NCBI GenBank assembly: GCA_964016885.1
Contig: CAXHJY010001036.1
Location: 1-25,787, forward strand
Direction of reading: 5' to 3'
Length of the DNA: 25,787 nucleotides
Source: Eledone cirrhosa
Taxonomy: Eukaryota
Below the pieces are notes generated by a model that was not told where the DNA came from, did no database searches, and worked only from the letters and a program-made list of their open reading frames with translations. A program made the translations under genes and the position numbers. Positions 14,722 to 25,787 of this stretch are shown here, piece after piece; positions within the stretch are counted from its first letter, which is position 1, and the number at the start of each line of letters is the position of its first letter.

Positions 14722-14996
14722 AATATGGTTTTATAAATATAGTTTACATTTATTTAATATCATTGAATTTTTACTCCAGTAAGGTGTTGAGTGCTCTAAA
14801 TCAGTTATAAACATTTATATTTGTCGGACTTCCAACAAATTAAATACCACTTCTACTTATATATATATATATATATATATTAAAATAACAGATTAAAGTT
14901 TAAGCAAAGAATCGCTGCTTTCACACTTAACGTGATCTTTTATCGGGCCCTTTTCGGATTTTAAACTTCACATTTATTATTATTACTATATATATA

Positions 14997-15544
14997 CTCT
15001 TTTACTCTTTTACCTGTTCCAGCCATCCGGCTGAGGCCATGCCGGGGCACCGCCCTTGTTGCTACACATTCTATCTCCAGCCTGTATTGGTTGGCCACTG
15101 GTGAAAGAGGGAGTTCGTTGCTGCTGCCCTTAGGTTTCCCTCGTGCCTTGCTGTGGGCTCATCCGGGATCCTGGATAACAAGGTGTCGAGATGTTTCTTG
15201 AAGACATCCACATCCACACCATGTAGATCTCTCAGATCCCTCGGCAGCCTGTTGAAGTGTTGAGGGCCCTTGAATCCCAGGCTATTGCAATACCTGCTGC
15301 TTATTCTAGATGTGGAAGACGGGACCTTTGGCACCACACAGTGACGTCCTGTTCGACGGTTGGTCCAGCTCCCAATGCCAAAGTTTGGTGCTAGTCCCTC
15401 CAAGATTTTCCATATGTATATCACTGCGTATCTCTCCAGTCTTCGCTCCAAGGAGTCGAGGTTCAGTTCCTTTAGCCTCTCCCAGTAGCTTGTCTCATCC
15501 ATTATCGCAATCCTCTCGGTGTAGCTTCGCTGGATTGCTTCAAG

Positions 15545-15545
<1 letters not shown>
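14997..15545 (-). mobile_element. 5'-truncated CR1/L2-group LINE 3' end (post-RT C-terminal region plus 3' tail)
   Basis: Frame reads LEAIQRSYTERIAIMDETSYWERLKELNLDSLERRLERY..WKILEGL..FNRLPRDLRDL..VDVFKKHLDTLL (ORF 15071-15502 plus upstream codons). The 3' UTR has a CAGCC/GGCTG hairpin and a GTAAAAGAGTAAAAGAG tail. Both ends abut (TA)n. Confidence 0.88.
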
Positions 15546-15633
<88 letters not shown>

Positions 15634-15879
15634 GGACATTTAAATAAATCTAAGGTAAAAGACTAATTGTCAACAATATCTTTTGCATTTGCATTCTTTA
15701 TTCTATGTCCATACCTGCATTGTTTTGGCTTTATTATACATATACAAACGTTTATACACACATATATATATATTATATTTCTTGATAGATTTTTATATAT
15801 TTCAATTTCTATTTCATTTATCTATATCTTTTTTTGATTTTCTTGATGAGTTTTTCTAAGTATTTACCCATGTTTTATA

Positions 15880-15955
15880 TTGCCTCGTCTGACGAACGAA
15901 TGAAGTCGTTTATTTCGTATTCGCCTCATTCGGGAAACCTCTGGTAATGAGGTAA
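15880..15955 (+). ncRNA. Type I hammerhead ribozyme motif
   Basis: TTGCCTCGT-CTGACGA-ACGAATGA...TCATTCGG-GAAA-CC TCT GG-TA-ATGAGGTAA. Stem I is 9 bp with two G.U pairs. Confidence 0.88.
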
Positions 15956-16041
15956 TTATATTGTATTGATTTTTATACATTATATATATATATATATATA
16001 CGATATTAAATAAATGGAAACTATATTTATAAAACCATATT

Positions 16042-16106
16042 TATTTCATTATACATATTTCAGGGATACCAAATTAAAATATGGTATGCCTTCATCAGAC
16101 AAAATA
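16042..16106 (-). ncRNA. Type I hammerhead ribozyme motif
   Basis: TATTTTGT-CTGATGA-AGGCATACCA..TGGTATCCCT-GAAA-TATGTA-TA-ATGAAATA. Confidence 0.87.
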
Positions 16107-16232
16107 CAATATATAAGCAGTTTTATAAATAATTTTGACGTACCCTATTAAATGCAACCATTATTTTTGGAAGCTGTCTGGATAGCTTCCAGACAGCTTC
16201 CAAAAATTATTTAGAAAACTGTTTATATATTG

Positions 16233-16297
16233 TATTTTGTCTGATGAAGGCATACCATATTTTAATTTGGTATCCCTGAAAAATGTATAATGAAATA
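16233..16297 (+). ncRNA. Type I hammerhead motif with a stem III mismatch
   Basis: Inverted copy of 16042-16106; GAAA-AATGTA-TA breaks the first stem III pair. Confidence 0.75.
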
Positions 16298-16425
16298 AAT
16301 ATGGTTTTATAAATATAGTTTCCATTTATTTAATATCGTATATCTACTCCAAAAATTTGTCGAGTGCTTTATATCAGTTATAAAATATTTCCTTGTTGTA
16401 TCCCAACAATTTTAAATAGAACTTT

Positions 16426-16496
<71 letters not shown>

Positions 16497-16966
16497 CTCC
16501 GCTGTGACCCGTCTGTTTCTTTATTACTGCTTACCCTTTCTCTGTATCTCTCACTTTCTTTTTACCCCCTCTGCCAGTCACTCTCTCAGTTAGTCTCTTC
16601 CTCACACTTTCACTCACTCACTCACTCTCTGCTACTCCCTTTCCTACTTCCTCCCGTTTGACCTGTGCGAAATCCTTTCCTTGCTCACATTTCAACCAGG
16701 TTTGATGGTCTTTTTTTCTCTCGTCTACGATTTCACAGAACTTATGTTCATCGATTTCAGGGACTTGACTCCTTCTTCCCCACTTTTCGTTGCATTACGA
16801 TCTTTGTTTGTTTACTGTCCCGCTCGTTCCCCTTATTTACGTGTCCCAACGACTTTCTTTGGCCGTTGCTCGCACCAACCGGAGGTATATGGTCTTTAAG
16901 GCGATGAAATACCAATGAAGGCTGGAAATCACTGATGAAGGACTAATTTTATTCATATATATATAT

Positions 16967-17170
16967 AGTACCAGTCTAGTACTGGGGTTGATTTTCCTCT
17001 AATCTCTCCCTCATTTCCTCTCTCACTTTATATCTTTCTCTGGAAGAAATCTGCTCTACTAAAGCCCCAGGAGAGGAATCAGCTCCACCAGGGTTTAAAA
17101 AATACCCATGAAACACCGTATGTCAATATGGTGTCCCTACGACTCTATGAGGAGATGCGAGACCATACAT
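16967..17170 (+). mobile_element. SINE 3' half (end of core plus tail shared with 465-649)
   Basis: AGTACCAGTCTAGTACTGGGGTTGA resembles the end of the SINE core. Downstream sequence aligns with the reverse complement of 465-649. Confidence 0.65.
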
Positions 17171-17209
17171 ATCTATATCCCTATATATCTGTTTCTCTTT
17201 ATATATATA

Positions 17210-18032
17210 CTAGCCGAATTACCCGCGCCTTGCTGCGTTTCACACATTTTTTTTTTTTTTGTAAGAAAATGATGATTGATTTTAAATCAGTGATATAATT
17301 TATGGAGAAAAAACTCTGCATTTCAATATTACTCAATGTAAAATGTAATGCATGAAAAATTGGAAAACATTATTTTTTGTAATATATCGAATCAAAATTA
17401 CATTATTAAATCTTATTCTTATTTTGTTTCTTGTAAATAATTTTTTTTTTCAAAATATCGATTCAAAGCTTTTGTGAATAGGCATCATATGTTGTCATTT
17501 ACCTATGGTTTAAATTTCATATAAATCGAAAGGAAAACATTTTCAGCGGGGGTTTCGCCCCCGGGGAACCCTAATAGGTGGTTTAAACCCCATTAGGGTG
17601 TTTTAATATTATTGAAATTTGCTGAATAGTCATCATATCTTGTCATTTACCTGTGGTTTAAATTTAATATAAATCGAAGGGGAAACATTTTCAGCGGGGG
17701 TTTCGTCCCCGGGGAACCCTAATAGGTGATTTACCCCCATTAGGGTTCTTAATATTATTGAAATTTGCTGAAATTTTGTGAATAAGCATCATATATTGTC
17801 ATTTACCTATGGTTTAAATTTCGTATAAATCTAAGGTAAAAAGCTTTCAACAGGGGTTCGTGCCGCCGGGAACCCTTTGATCAAAATGAAATATACTTAT
17901 CCAAGTACCCTGGGCAATGTAGTTGCCATATATATGGTTATGGGGGGGGGGGTTATCTCCAAAACCATAGGAGGAGTTCGTAAACAAATAAACGGACAGG
18001 AACTACAACTTTATATATATATATATATTTGA
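17210..18032 (-). mobile_element. Non-autonomous Helitron-like element with internal ~150-bp tandem repeats
   Basis: Minus strand ends CGCAGCAAGGCGCG-GGTAATTCGG-CTAG|T (weak GC hairpin then CTAG). Tentative A|TC start at 18032 followed by (TA)n. About 2.7 internal repeats at 17470-17876. Confidence 0.6.
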
Positions 18033-18237
18033 TTTATTGATTTTTTATCTGAGTGTCCCGAATCTTCCCGATCGCAAATTTTCGATCGTACGGTTGATTA
18101 TAGACTTGTTCTATGTGTGACGGTATTTTAACGATAGTTATAGCTCTGATTTATCTGAATTATGGAGCCCTCTGCCGCTCATATCGAATTTTGTTTATCG
18201 TGAACTCGTGCGCCGATTTTTCGATACTCGATTATTC

Positions 18238-18296
<59 letters not shown>

Positions 18297-18322
18297 GTTA
18301 TACTTGGAGAGGGCCATATTTG

Positions 18323-18593
18323 TGTAATAATTGTTTCTACTATTGGCACAAGGGCCAGCAATTATCCCAGTGAATTACTGGAACTTTATTTTATCGACCC
18401 TGTAATAATTGTTTCTACTTTTGGCACAAGGCCAGTAAATACCCAGTGTATTACTGGTATTTTATTTTATCGACCCCCGTAAGGATGAAAGGCAAAGTTA
18501 ATCTCGGCGGGATTTGAACTCAGAATGGAAAGGGCCGCAACTCTATGCGTCAAAGCATGGCGTCCGACCCTCTACCGATACTGCCAATTCACC
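18323..18593 (-). mobile_element. tRNA-derived SINE with a 78-bp duplicated 3' part
   Basis: Same family as 13187-13374. The segment 18323-18400 repeats 18401-~18478. It interrupts a copy of the sequence found uninterrupted at 11766-11818. Confidence 0.88.
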
Positions 18594-18896
18594 AATAATA
18601 TTGCCAGAATTAATAACAGAACACACTCACTGTTTGGTTGGTTTTCACTTCTGTGTCTTTTATATCAGTTAATTTAATTTATTCGGTCCTCAATGTTTAC
18701 CATTGACTGACCAACGGTGAAAAATACAGATACAATATAGACACAAACACATATATATAGTCTAATAAAGTTCTTTCGTTGCACATCTGCAACATAGTCA
18801 GTGGTGCTATTATGTTCCCTCCTGGTGTATTGTAGTCCTACGCCATCTTTATTTAGTCTGTTTCAGACAGGAATACAACTTTATATATATATATAC

Positions 18897-19124
18897 TCTC
18901 CAATAGACCAGTGTCTGTCCTTAGGGCATCAACATACGTTAACCTTGGTCTTCCTCTTCTAGTGTGTCCATGTAGGGGCTCCCAAAGGAGCACTGAGTGC
19001 AATGTCAACTCTGGATGTCGGTGAGCATGTCCAGCTAACCTCAGTCTCCTCTGCAGCGATAATGAGGGACAGAGGCCGCTGGAGAGAACTCGTCCATGGA
19101 TCTCGGGAATTTTACCCGCCTTAG
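18897..19124. mobile_element. RTE-clade LINE fragment with inversion (18897-19053 minus, 19053-19124 plus)
   Basis: Near-identical to parts of 23748-25001 but with only one copy of the 81-bp unit. Confidence 0.9.
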
Positions 19125-19267
19125 AGATATATACTCTAAATATAAACTATAGCTTTGAAGAATTAGCTTTTAATGAATTCCCGTTTCTATCAACCAATGG
19201 CCTACACCCATCCCACTCCCTACCACCTGAAGAGACCTATAAATACCATATTTATTTTTTGATACCC

Positions 19268-19318
19268 AGATTCCTAAAGATTTCTAATAAATGAAACAGG
19301 TCTAGTCCTGTAGAATCT
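19268..19318 (+). ncRNA. Degenerate hammerhead motif (CTAAAGA), same family as 9427-9473
   Basis: AGATTC-CTAAAGA-TTTCTAATAAAT-GAAA-CAGG TCTAGT CCTG-TA-GAATCT; downstream sequence matches the 9.4 kb copy. Confidence 0.7.
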
Positions 19319-19491
19319 CATCTATATTAAAACTATATATATATATATAAGATGCATTAAGATGTATATTGGGTTATTGGTCAGCATTTGAGTGAGTGTA
19401 GCTACACTGAACAATTGGCTGTGTTTGAGTGTTTGTCCCAGATTCTACACCTCGTCTACACATTTGTGTACACACACACACATACTAACAC

Positions 19492-19535
<44 letters not shown>

Positions 19536-19540
<5 letters not shown>

Positions 19541-19741
19541 AACAAGTAGGACCCCGACGGCTGAGATCAAGCCGTTTCGACGGCTAATTCTGGACGCAAG
19601 AGTCCAGAATTAGCCGTCGAGACGGCTTGAGCTCTGCCGTCGGGGTCATACGTGTTCCTATTACCCACTCTACTACCCTAAGTATTGAGTACTTTGGTGC
19701 GTTATGGTCCATCGGGTTCCTTACCACATTTCCTTCGTTAT
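19536..19741 (+). mobile_element. Fold-back element (60-bp arms, 19536-19661) carrying a probable HHR 3' half
   Basis: Imperfect palindrome around GCAAGA. Minus strand reads GAAA-CGGC..GCCG-TC-GGGG; no CUGANGA box is present. Flanked by (TA)n. Confidence 0.65.
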
Positions 19742-20514
19742 ATATATATATTTATATACATAAACAGGCGCACACATATACATACACACACACATGCTAA
19801 CATATGTATATATATATATATATATACATATATAAAATATATATATACATAAACAGGCACACACATATACATACACACACACAAACATATACATAGATAC
19901 ACTGGCATATACGCACACGTACACTTTCACACTCACACACACACACAACATATATATATATATATATATGTATGATTGTGTACACCCACGCCCCCCCCCT
20001 CTCTCTCTGTCATATATATATATATGTGTGTGTGTATATACACATATACAAAATATATACAATTTGTTTGAGTGAATGGATGTGTATACACATATACATA
20101 AATACATATATGTACGTGTGTGTATGTGTGTGTGAATATGTGAATATATGTATGTATACACCCCAGCTCTCACACACACACCTTTTCCTGAACATGGAAC
20201 CTCGTTCTTCCCCCAACTCTCACATTCACACACACGTACACACACACACACACGTACACCTACACACATACACCAGCTTCAGTCCTCCCCGCTCGGACAC
20301 CCCTACTCCATCTCCCCACTCCACCCGCCACCACCCCCCACACGCCCCACATCCTTCCACCACTTGTTTATCTTCATGTTTGTTTTTATTTTTATTTTTT
20401 TTATATTTATTTTTATTTGTACCCCTTCCACCGCCCGCTCCCCCCCCCCTTCTTTTTCTAAATGTCTCTTCCCCACTCCCCTACACACCCTCGGAACTCT
20501 CTTCCCACACACAT

Positions 20515-20550
20515 TTCGCCTGAAGAAGGGCTTATGCCCGAAACGTCGAC
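20515..20550 (+). ncRNA. Minimal Penelope-type hammerhead motif
   Basis: CTGAAGA-A-GGGC TTAT GCCC-GAAA-CGTC with a palindromic ACGT stem III; stem I is poorly paired. Followed by AATAAA and a T-rich tail to (TA)n at 20645. Confidence 0.7.
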
Positions 20551-20640
20551 CCCCCACCCCCACCCCCGCCCACTCTCAAGAGCGTGAAACTAATAAACCT
20601 TTGTTTGTACTGCCTCTCTGTTTTGTTCCCGTTCCATTTT

Positions 20641-20705
<65 letters not shown>

Positions 20706-20777
20706 GTATATATATGTATATATATGTATATATATATATATGTATATATATAATATATATATATATGTATATATATA

Positions 20778-20827
<50 letters not shown>

Positions 20828-20924
20828 TATATATGTATATATATATATATAATATATATATGTATATATATAATATATATATATATGTATATATATAATA
20901 TATATATATATATGTATATATATA

Positions 20925-20959
<35 letters not shown>

Positions 20960-21015
20960 TATTCACATATTCACACACATATATGCAGTTACATAAACAC
21001 ACACACATATATATT

Positions 21016-21081
<66 letters not shown>

Positions 21082-21442
21082 TATATACATGTATATATAT
21101 GAATGTATGCATGTATATATGTATGTATATAAAACACATACATGTTAAGTTTGGTTGTCGAAAGTTTTGTGGTCGTAGAGCGAAAATTAAAAACTTTACT
21201 TTGCAGGTCACATACCTCGTTCCGTTTCGGCGTCGGAAATTATCACACGCAGACACACACATACACACACACACATACATACACACACACACACACATAC
21301 ACACAAACACACACACACATACACACACACACATACACACACACACATACACACACACACATATACACACATACACACACCCATAAACATACACACATCT
21401 ACAAATTATAGTATCACAAAACCGCACAGCACAAGTGTTTAC

Positions 21443-21496
<54 letters not shown>

Positions 21497-21577
21497 AACA
21501 TGCATACGTACATACATACGCGTAATCGTGTATGTATACATATATATATGTATGTGTGTGTGAGTACATACATATAT

Positions 21578-21636
<59 letters not shown>

Positions 21637-21858
21637 ATATATATATATATATATATACAATATATATATACAATATATATATATATATGCAATATATATA
21701 TATATATATATAAAATATATATATATTATATATATTTACAATATATATATATATTATATATATATATATTGTATATATATTATATAGATATACAATATAT
21801 ATATTATATATATATATACAATATAGATATATTATATATATATAAAATATAGATATAT

Positions 21859-21892
<34 letters not shown>

Positions 21893-21899
21893 AATATAT

Positions 21900-21975
<76 letters not shown>

Positions 21976-22044
21976 GTATATATATATATTTGTATATATG
22001 TATATATATATATTTGTATATATGTATATATATATGTATATATG

Positions 22045-22075
<31 letters not shown>

Positions 22076-22088
22076 GTATATATATACA

Positions 22089-22164
<76 letters not shown>

Positions 22165-22309
22165 CAATATATATTTGTATATACACCAGCGTTAAACATA
22201 CTGTGTCGGAATGTACAGCCGTGTGTCTCCGTTGCGGCACTGTTCGCCATTTTGATTTATGAGCGCTAGTGTTTTATGATCCGGCAGTTCGGCCGCCATC
22301 TTGGTTTTA

Positions 22310-22385
22310 CTGTTGTTGTTGTTGTTGTTACTGTTGTTGTTGTTGTTGTTGTTACTGTTGTTGTTGTTGTTGTTACTGTTGTTGT
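22310..22385. repeat. (GTT)n microsatellite
   Basis: Read directly. Confidence 0.9.
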
Positions 22386-22443
22386 GGTCATGCTGAACAA
22401 GAATCCTAAGGGGGAAGGAGCGGAGCGCAATTACAACTCAATA

Positions 22444-22733
<290 letters not shown>

Positions 22734-22801
22734 TATATATATATAATATATATATATATAATATATATATATATATAATATATATATATATATTATATAT
22801 A

Positions 22802-22877
<76 letters not shown>

Positions 22878-22885
22878 ATATTTAT

Positions 22886-22923
<38 letters not shown>

Positions 22924-23002
22924 ATTATATATATATATTATATATATATATTATATATTATATATATATATTATATATATATTATATATATTATATATAT
23001 AT

Positions 23003-23035
<33 letters not shown>

Positions 23036-23067
23036 ATATATATTATATATATATTATATATATTATA

Positions 23068-23157
<90 letters not shown>

Positions 23158-23206
23158 ATTATATATTATATATTATATATATATATTATATATATATATG
23201 TATATA

Positions 23207-23260
<54 letters not shown>

Positions 23261-23273
23261 GTATATATATATG

Positions 23274-23320
<47 letters not shown>

Positions 23321-23471
23321 GTATATATATATATGTATATATATATATGTATATATATATATATGTATATATATATGTATATATATATATATGTATATAT
23401 ATATGTATATATATATACTATATATATATATATGTATATATATATTATATATATATATATTATATATATAT

Positions 23472-23503
<32 letters not shown>

Positions 23504-23577
23504 ATATACTATATATATATATATATTATATTATATATATATATATGTATATATATATTATATATATATATATTATA

Positions 23578-23621
<44 letters not shown>

Positions 23622-23646
23622 GAGTGCGCGTTGGTGTATATATACG

Positions 23647-23687
<41 letters not shown>

Positions 23688-23710
23688 GAGTGCGCGTTGG
23701 TGTATATATA

Positions 23711-23746
<36 letters not shown>

Positions 23747-23747
23747 C

Positions 23748-25001
23748 GTCCTGCGTCTCCAACAGACCAGTGTCTGTCCTTAGGGCATCAACATATGTTA
23801 ACCTTGGTCTTCCTCTTCTAGTTTGTCCATGTAGGGGCTCCCACAGGAGCACTGAGTGCAATGTCAACTCTGGATGTTGGTGAGCATGTCCAGCTAACCC
23901 AGTGTGTCCATGTAGGGGTTCCCACAGGAGCACTGAGTGCAGTGTCAACTCTGGATGTCGGTGAGCATGTCCAGCTAACCTAGTGTGTCCATGTAGGGGC
24001 TCCCACAGGAGCACTGAGTGCAATGTCAACTCTGGATGTCGGTGAGCATGTCCAGCTAACCTAGTGTGTCCATGTAGGGGCTCCCACAGGAGCACTGAGT
24101 GCAGTGTCAACTCTGGATGTCGGTGAGCATGTCCAGCTAACCAAGTGTGTCCATGTAGGGGCTCCCACAGAAGCACTGAGTGCAGTGTCAACTCTGGATG
24201 TTGGTGAGCATGTCCAGCTAACCTAGTGTGTCCATGCAGGGGCTCCCAAAGGAGCACTGAGTGCAATGTCAACTCTGGATGTCGGTGAGCATGTCCAGCT
24301 AACCCAGTGTGTCCATGTAGGGGCTCCCACAGGAGCACTGAGTGCAATGTCAACTCTGGATGTCGGTGAGCATGTCCAGCTAACCTAGTGTGTCCATGTA
24401 GGGGCTCCCACAGGAGCACTGAGTGCAGTGTCAACTCTGGATGTCGGTGAGCATGTCCAGCTAACCCAGTGTATCCATGTAGGGGCTCCCACAGGAGCAC
24501 TAAGTGCAGTGTCAACTCTGGATGTCGGTGAGCATGTCCAGCTAACCTAGTGTATCCATGTAGGGGCTCCCACAGGAGCACTGAGTGCAGTGTCAACTCT
24601 GGATGTCGGTGAGCATGTCCAGCTAACCTAGTGTATCCATGCAGGGGCTCCCACAGGAGCACTGAGTGCAATGTCAACTCTGGATGTCGGTGAGCATGTC
24701 CAGCTAACCTCAGTCTCCTCTGTGTCACTTTTGAGCTGACTTTTGGGATGATCCCGTCCAACTCTGAGTTCTTCATCCTCAGTGTATATTGATTAATGTT
24801 CAGAGCCATCCTCAGCATTCTCGTGTAGCACCCATCCACCATCTGAGTGAGTTTCTTGGTCAGTGTCCAAGTCTCAGACCCGTACAGCAGTACAGACCCC
24901 ACTACAGCAATGAAGAGACGCAGGACATGGCAGCGATAATGAGGGACAGAGACCGCTGGAGAGAACTCGTCCATGGAACTCGGGAATTTTACCCGCATTA
25001 G
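23748..25001 (-). mobile_element. RTE-clade LINE 3' fragment: 23748-~24914 minus, 24915-25001 plus (inverted)
   Basis: Minus frame reads [56 protein letters not shown]. Plus frame continues ETQDMAAIMRDRDRWRELV..stop. These are typical RTE C-terminal motifs. Confidence 0.92.
23818..24710 (-). repeat. 81-bp tandem repeat x11 inside the RTE coding region
   Basis: CAGCTAACC recurs every 81 bp from 23891 to 24701; 27-aa unit [27 protein letters not shown]. Confidence 0.97.
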
Positions 25002-25036
25002 ATATATATATATATATATACGAGTGCGCGTTGGTG

Positions 25037-25151
<115 letters not shown>

Positions 25152-25315
25152 ATATATTCCCGAAGTTCATAGAGAGGTGACAACAGTAGAAGAAAGTACT
25201 CAATACGTTAATTCAGTACCGACATAAATACGTGTGTATGTGTGAGTGGTGGGGAGAGATGGGGCAGACAGAGAGGTGGATAGATCGATGTTTATATATA
25301 TTCTCTAATTTTGTA

Positions 25316-25564
<249 letters not shown>

Positions 25565-25665
25565 CATATATATATATATTATATATATATTATATATATA
25601 TATATATTATATATATATTATATATATATATATTATATATATATTATATATATATATATTATATA

Positions 25666-25708
<43 letters not shown>

Positions 25709-25736
25709 TATATATATATATACATATATATATTAT

Positions 25737-25784
<48 letters not shown>

Positions 25785-25787
25785 AAT

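Larger units (their letters stand above)
13933..14860. repeat. Three tandem ~220-250 bp HHR-bearing units plus one inverted copy
   Basis: Units start with AAGTTGTATTGAATTTG at ~13933, 14154 and 14399. The segment 14645-14860 is the reverse complement of unit 3. Confidence 0.92.
15997..16428. mobile_element. Fold-back HHR element (inverted arms 15997-16138 / ~16201-16343, tail to 16428)
   Basis: Near-perfect inverted repeat with an inner hairpin TTTTTGGAAGCTGTCTGGA/TCCAGACAGCTTCCAAAAA. Related to the 13.9-14.9 kb family; both ends abut (TA)n. Confidence 0.85.

Noticed and set aside
16925-16955. CTGATGAAGGACTAA as a full HHR
   Set aside because: No GAAA box or stem III follows before (TA)n; at most a truncated copy.
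19221-19266. CTGAAGA with a downstream hairpin as an additional HHR
   Set aside because: Followed by GATA rather than GAAA, with no matching stem I.
20480-20512. LHTLGTLFPH (and IGHLNK at ~15630-15666) as GIY-YIG C-terminal remnants upstream of HHRs
   Set aside because: Too short to support without a profile search.
21142-21245. Minus-strand GAAAC..GTA as an HHR 3' half
   Set aside because: Stem III pairs poorly and there is no CUGANGA box.

Overview
Eukaryotic, gene-free, extremely microsatellite-rich DNA with (TA)n, (CA)n, (GAT/GGT)n and (CTA)n tracts. The SINE sequences suggest an octopod cephalopod genome (recognised from memory, not searched). Almost all listed ORFs are microsatellite artefacts; the only recognisable coding remnants are a CR1-like LINE 3' end and two RTE-like LINE fragments. 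The main signal is a dense set of type I hammerhead ribozyme (HHR) motifs. Eleven have intact CUGANGA and GAAA boxes, and there are several point-mutated or half copies. They belong to several short non-coding element families that abut (TA)n tracts and often form fold-back (inverted) structures, as expected for Penelope-like pLTRs or retrozymes. Also present: two RTE copies with a twin-priming-type inversion at nearly the same point (one carrying an in-frame 11 x 81 bp expansion), tRNA-headed SINEs with target-site duplications, a non-autonomous Helitron-like element and a ~128 bp satellite.
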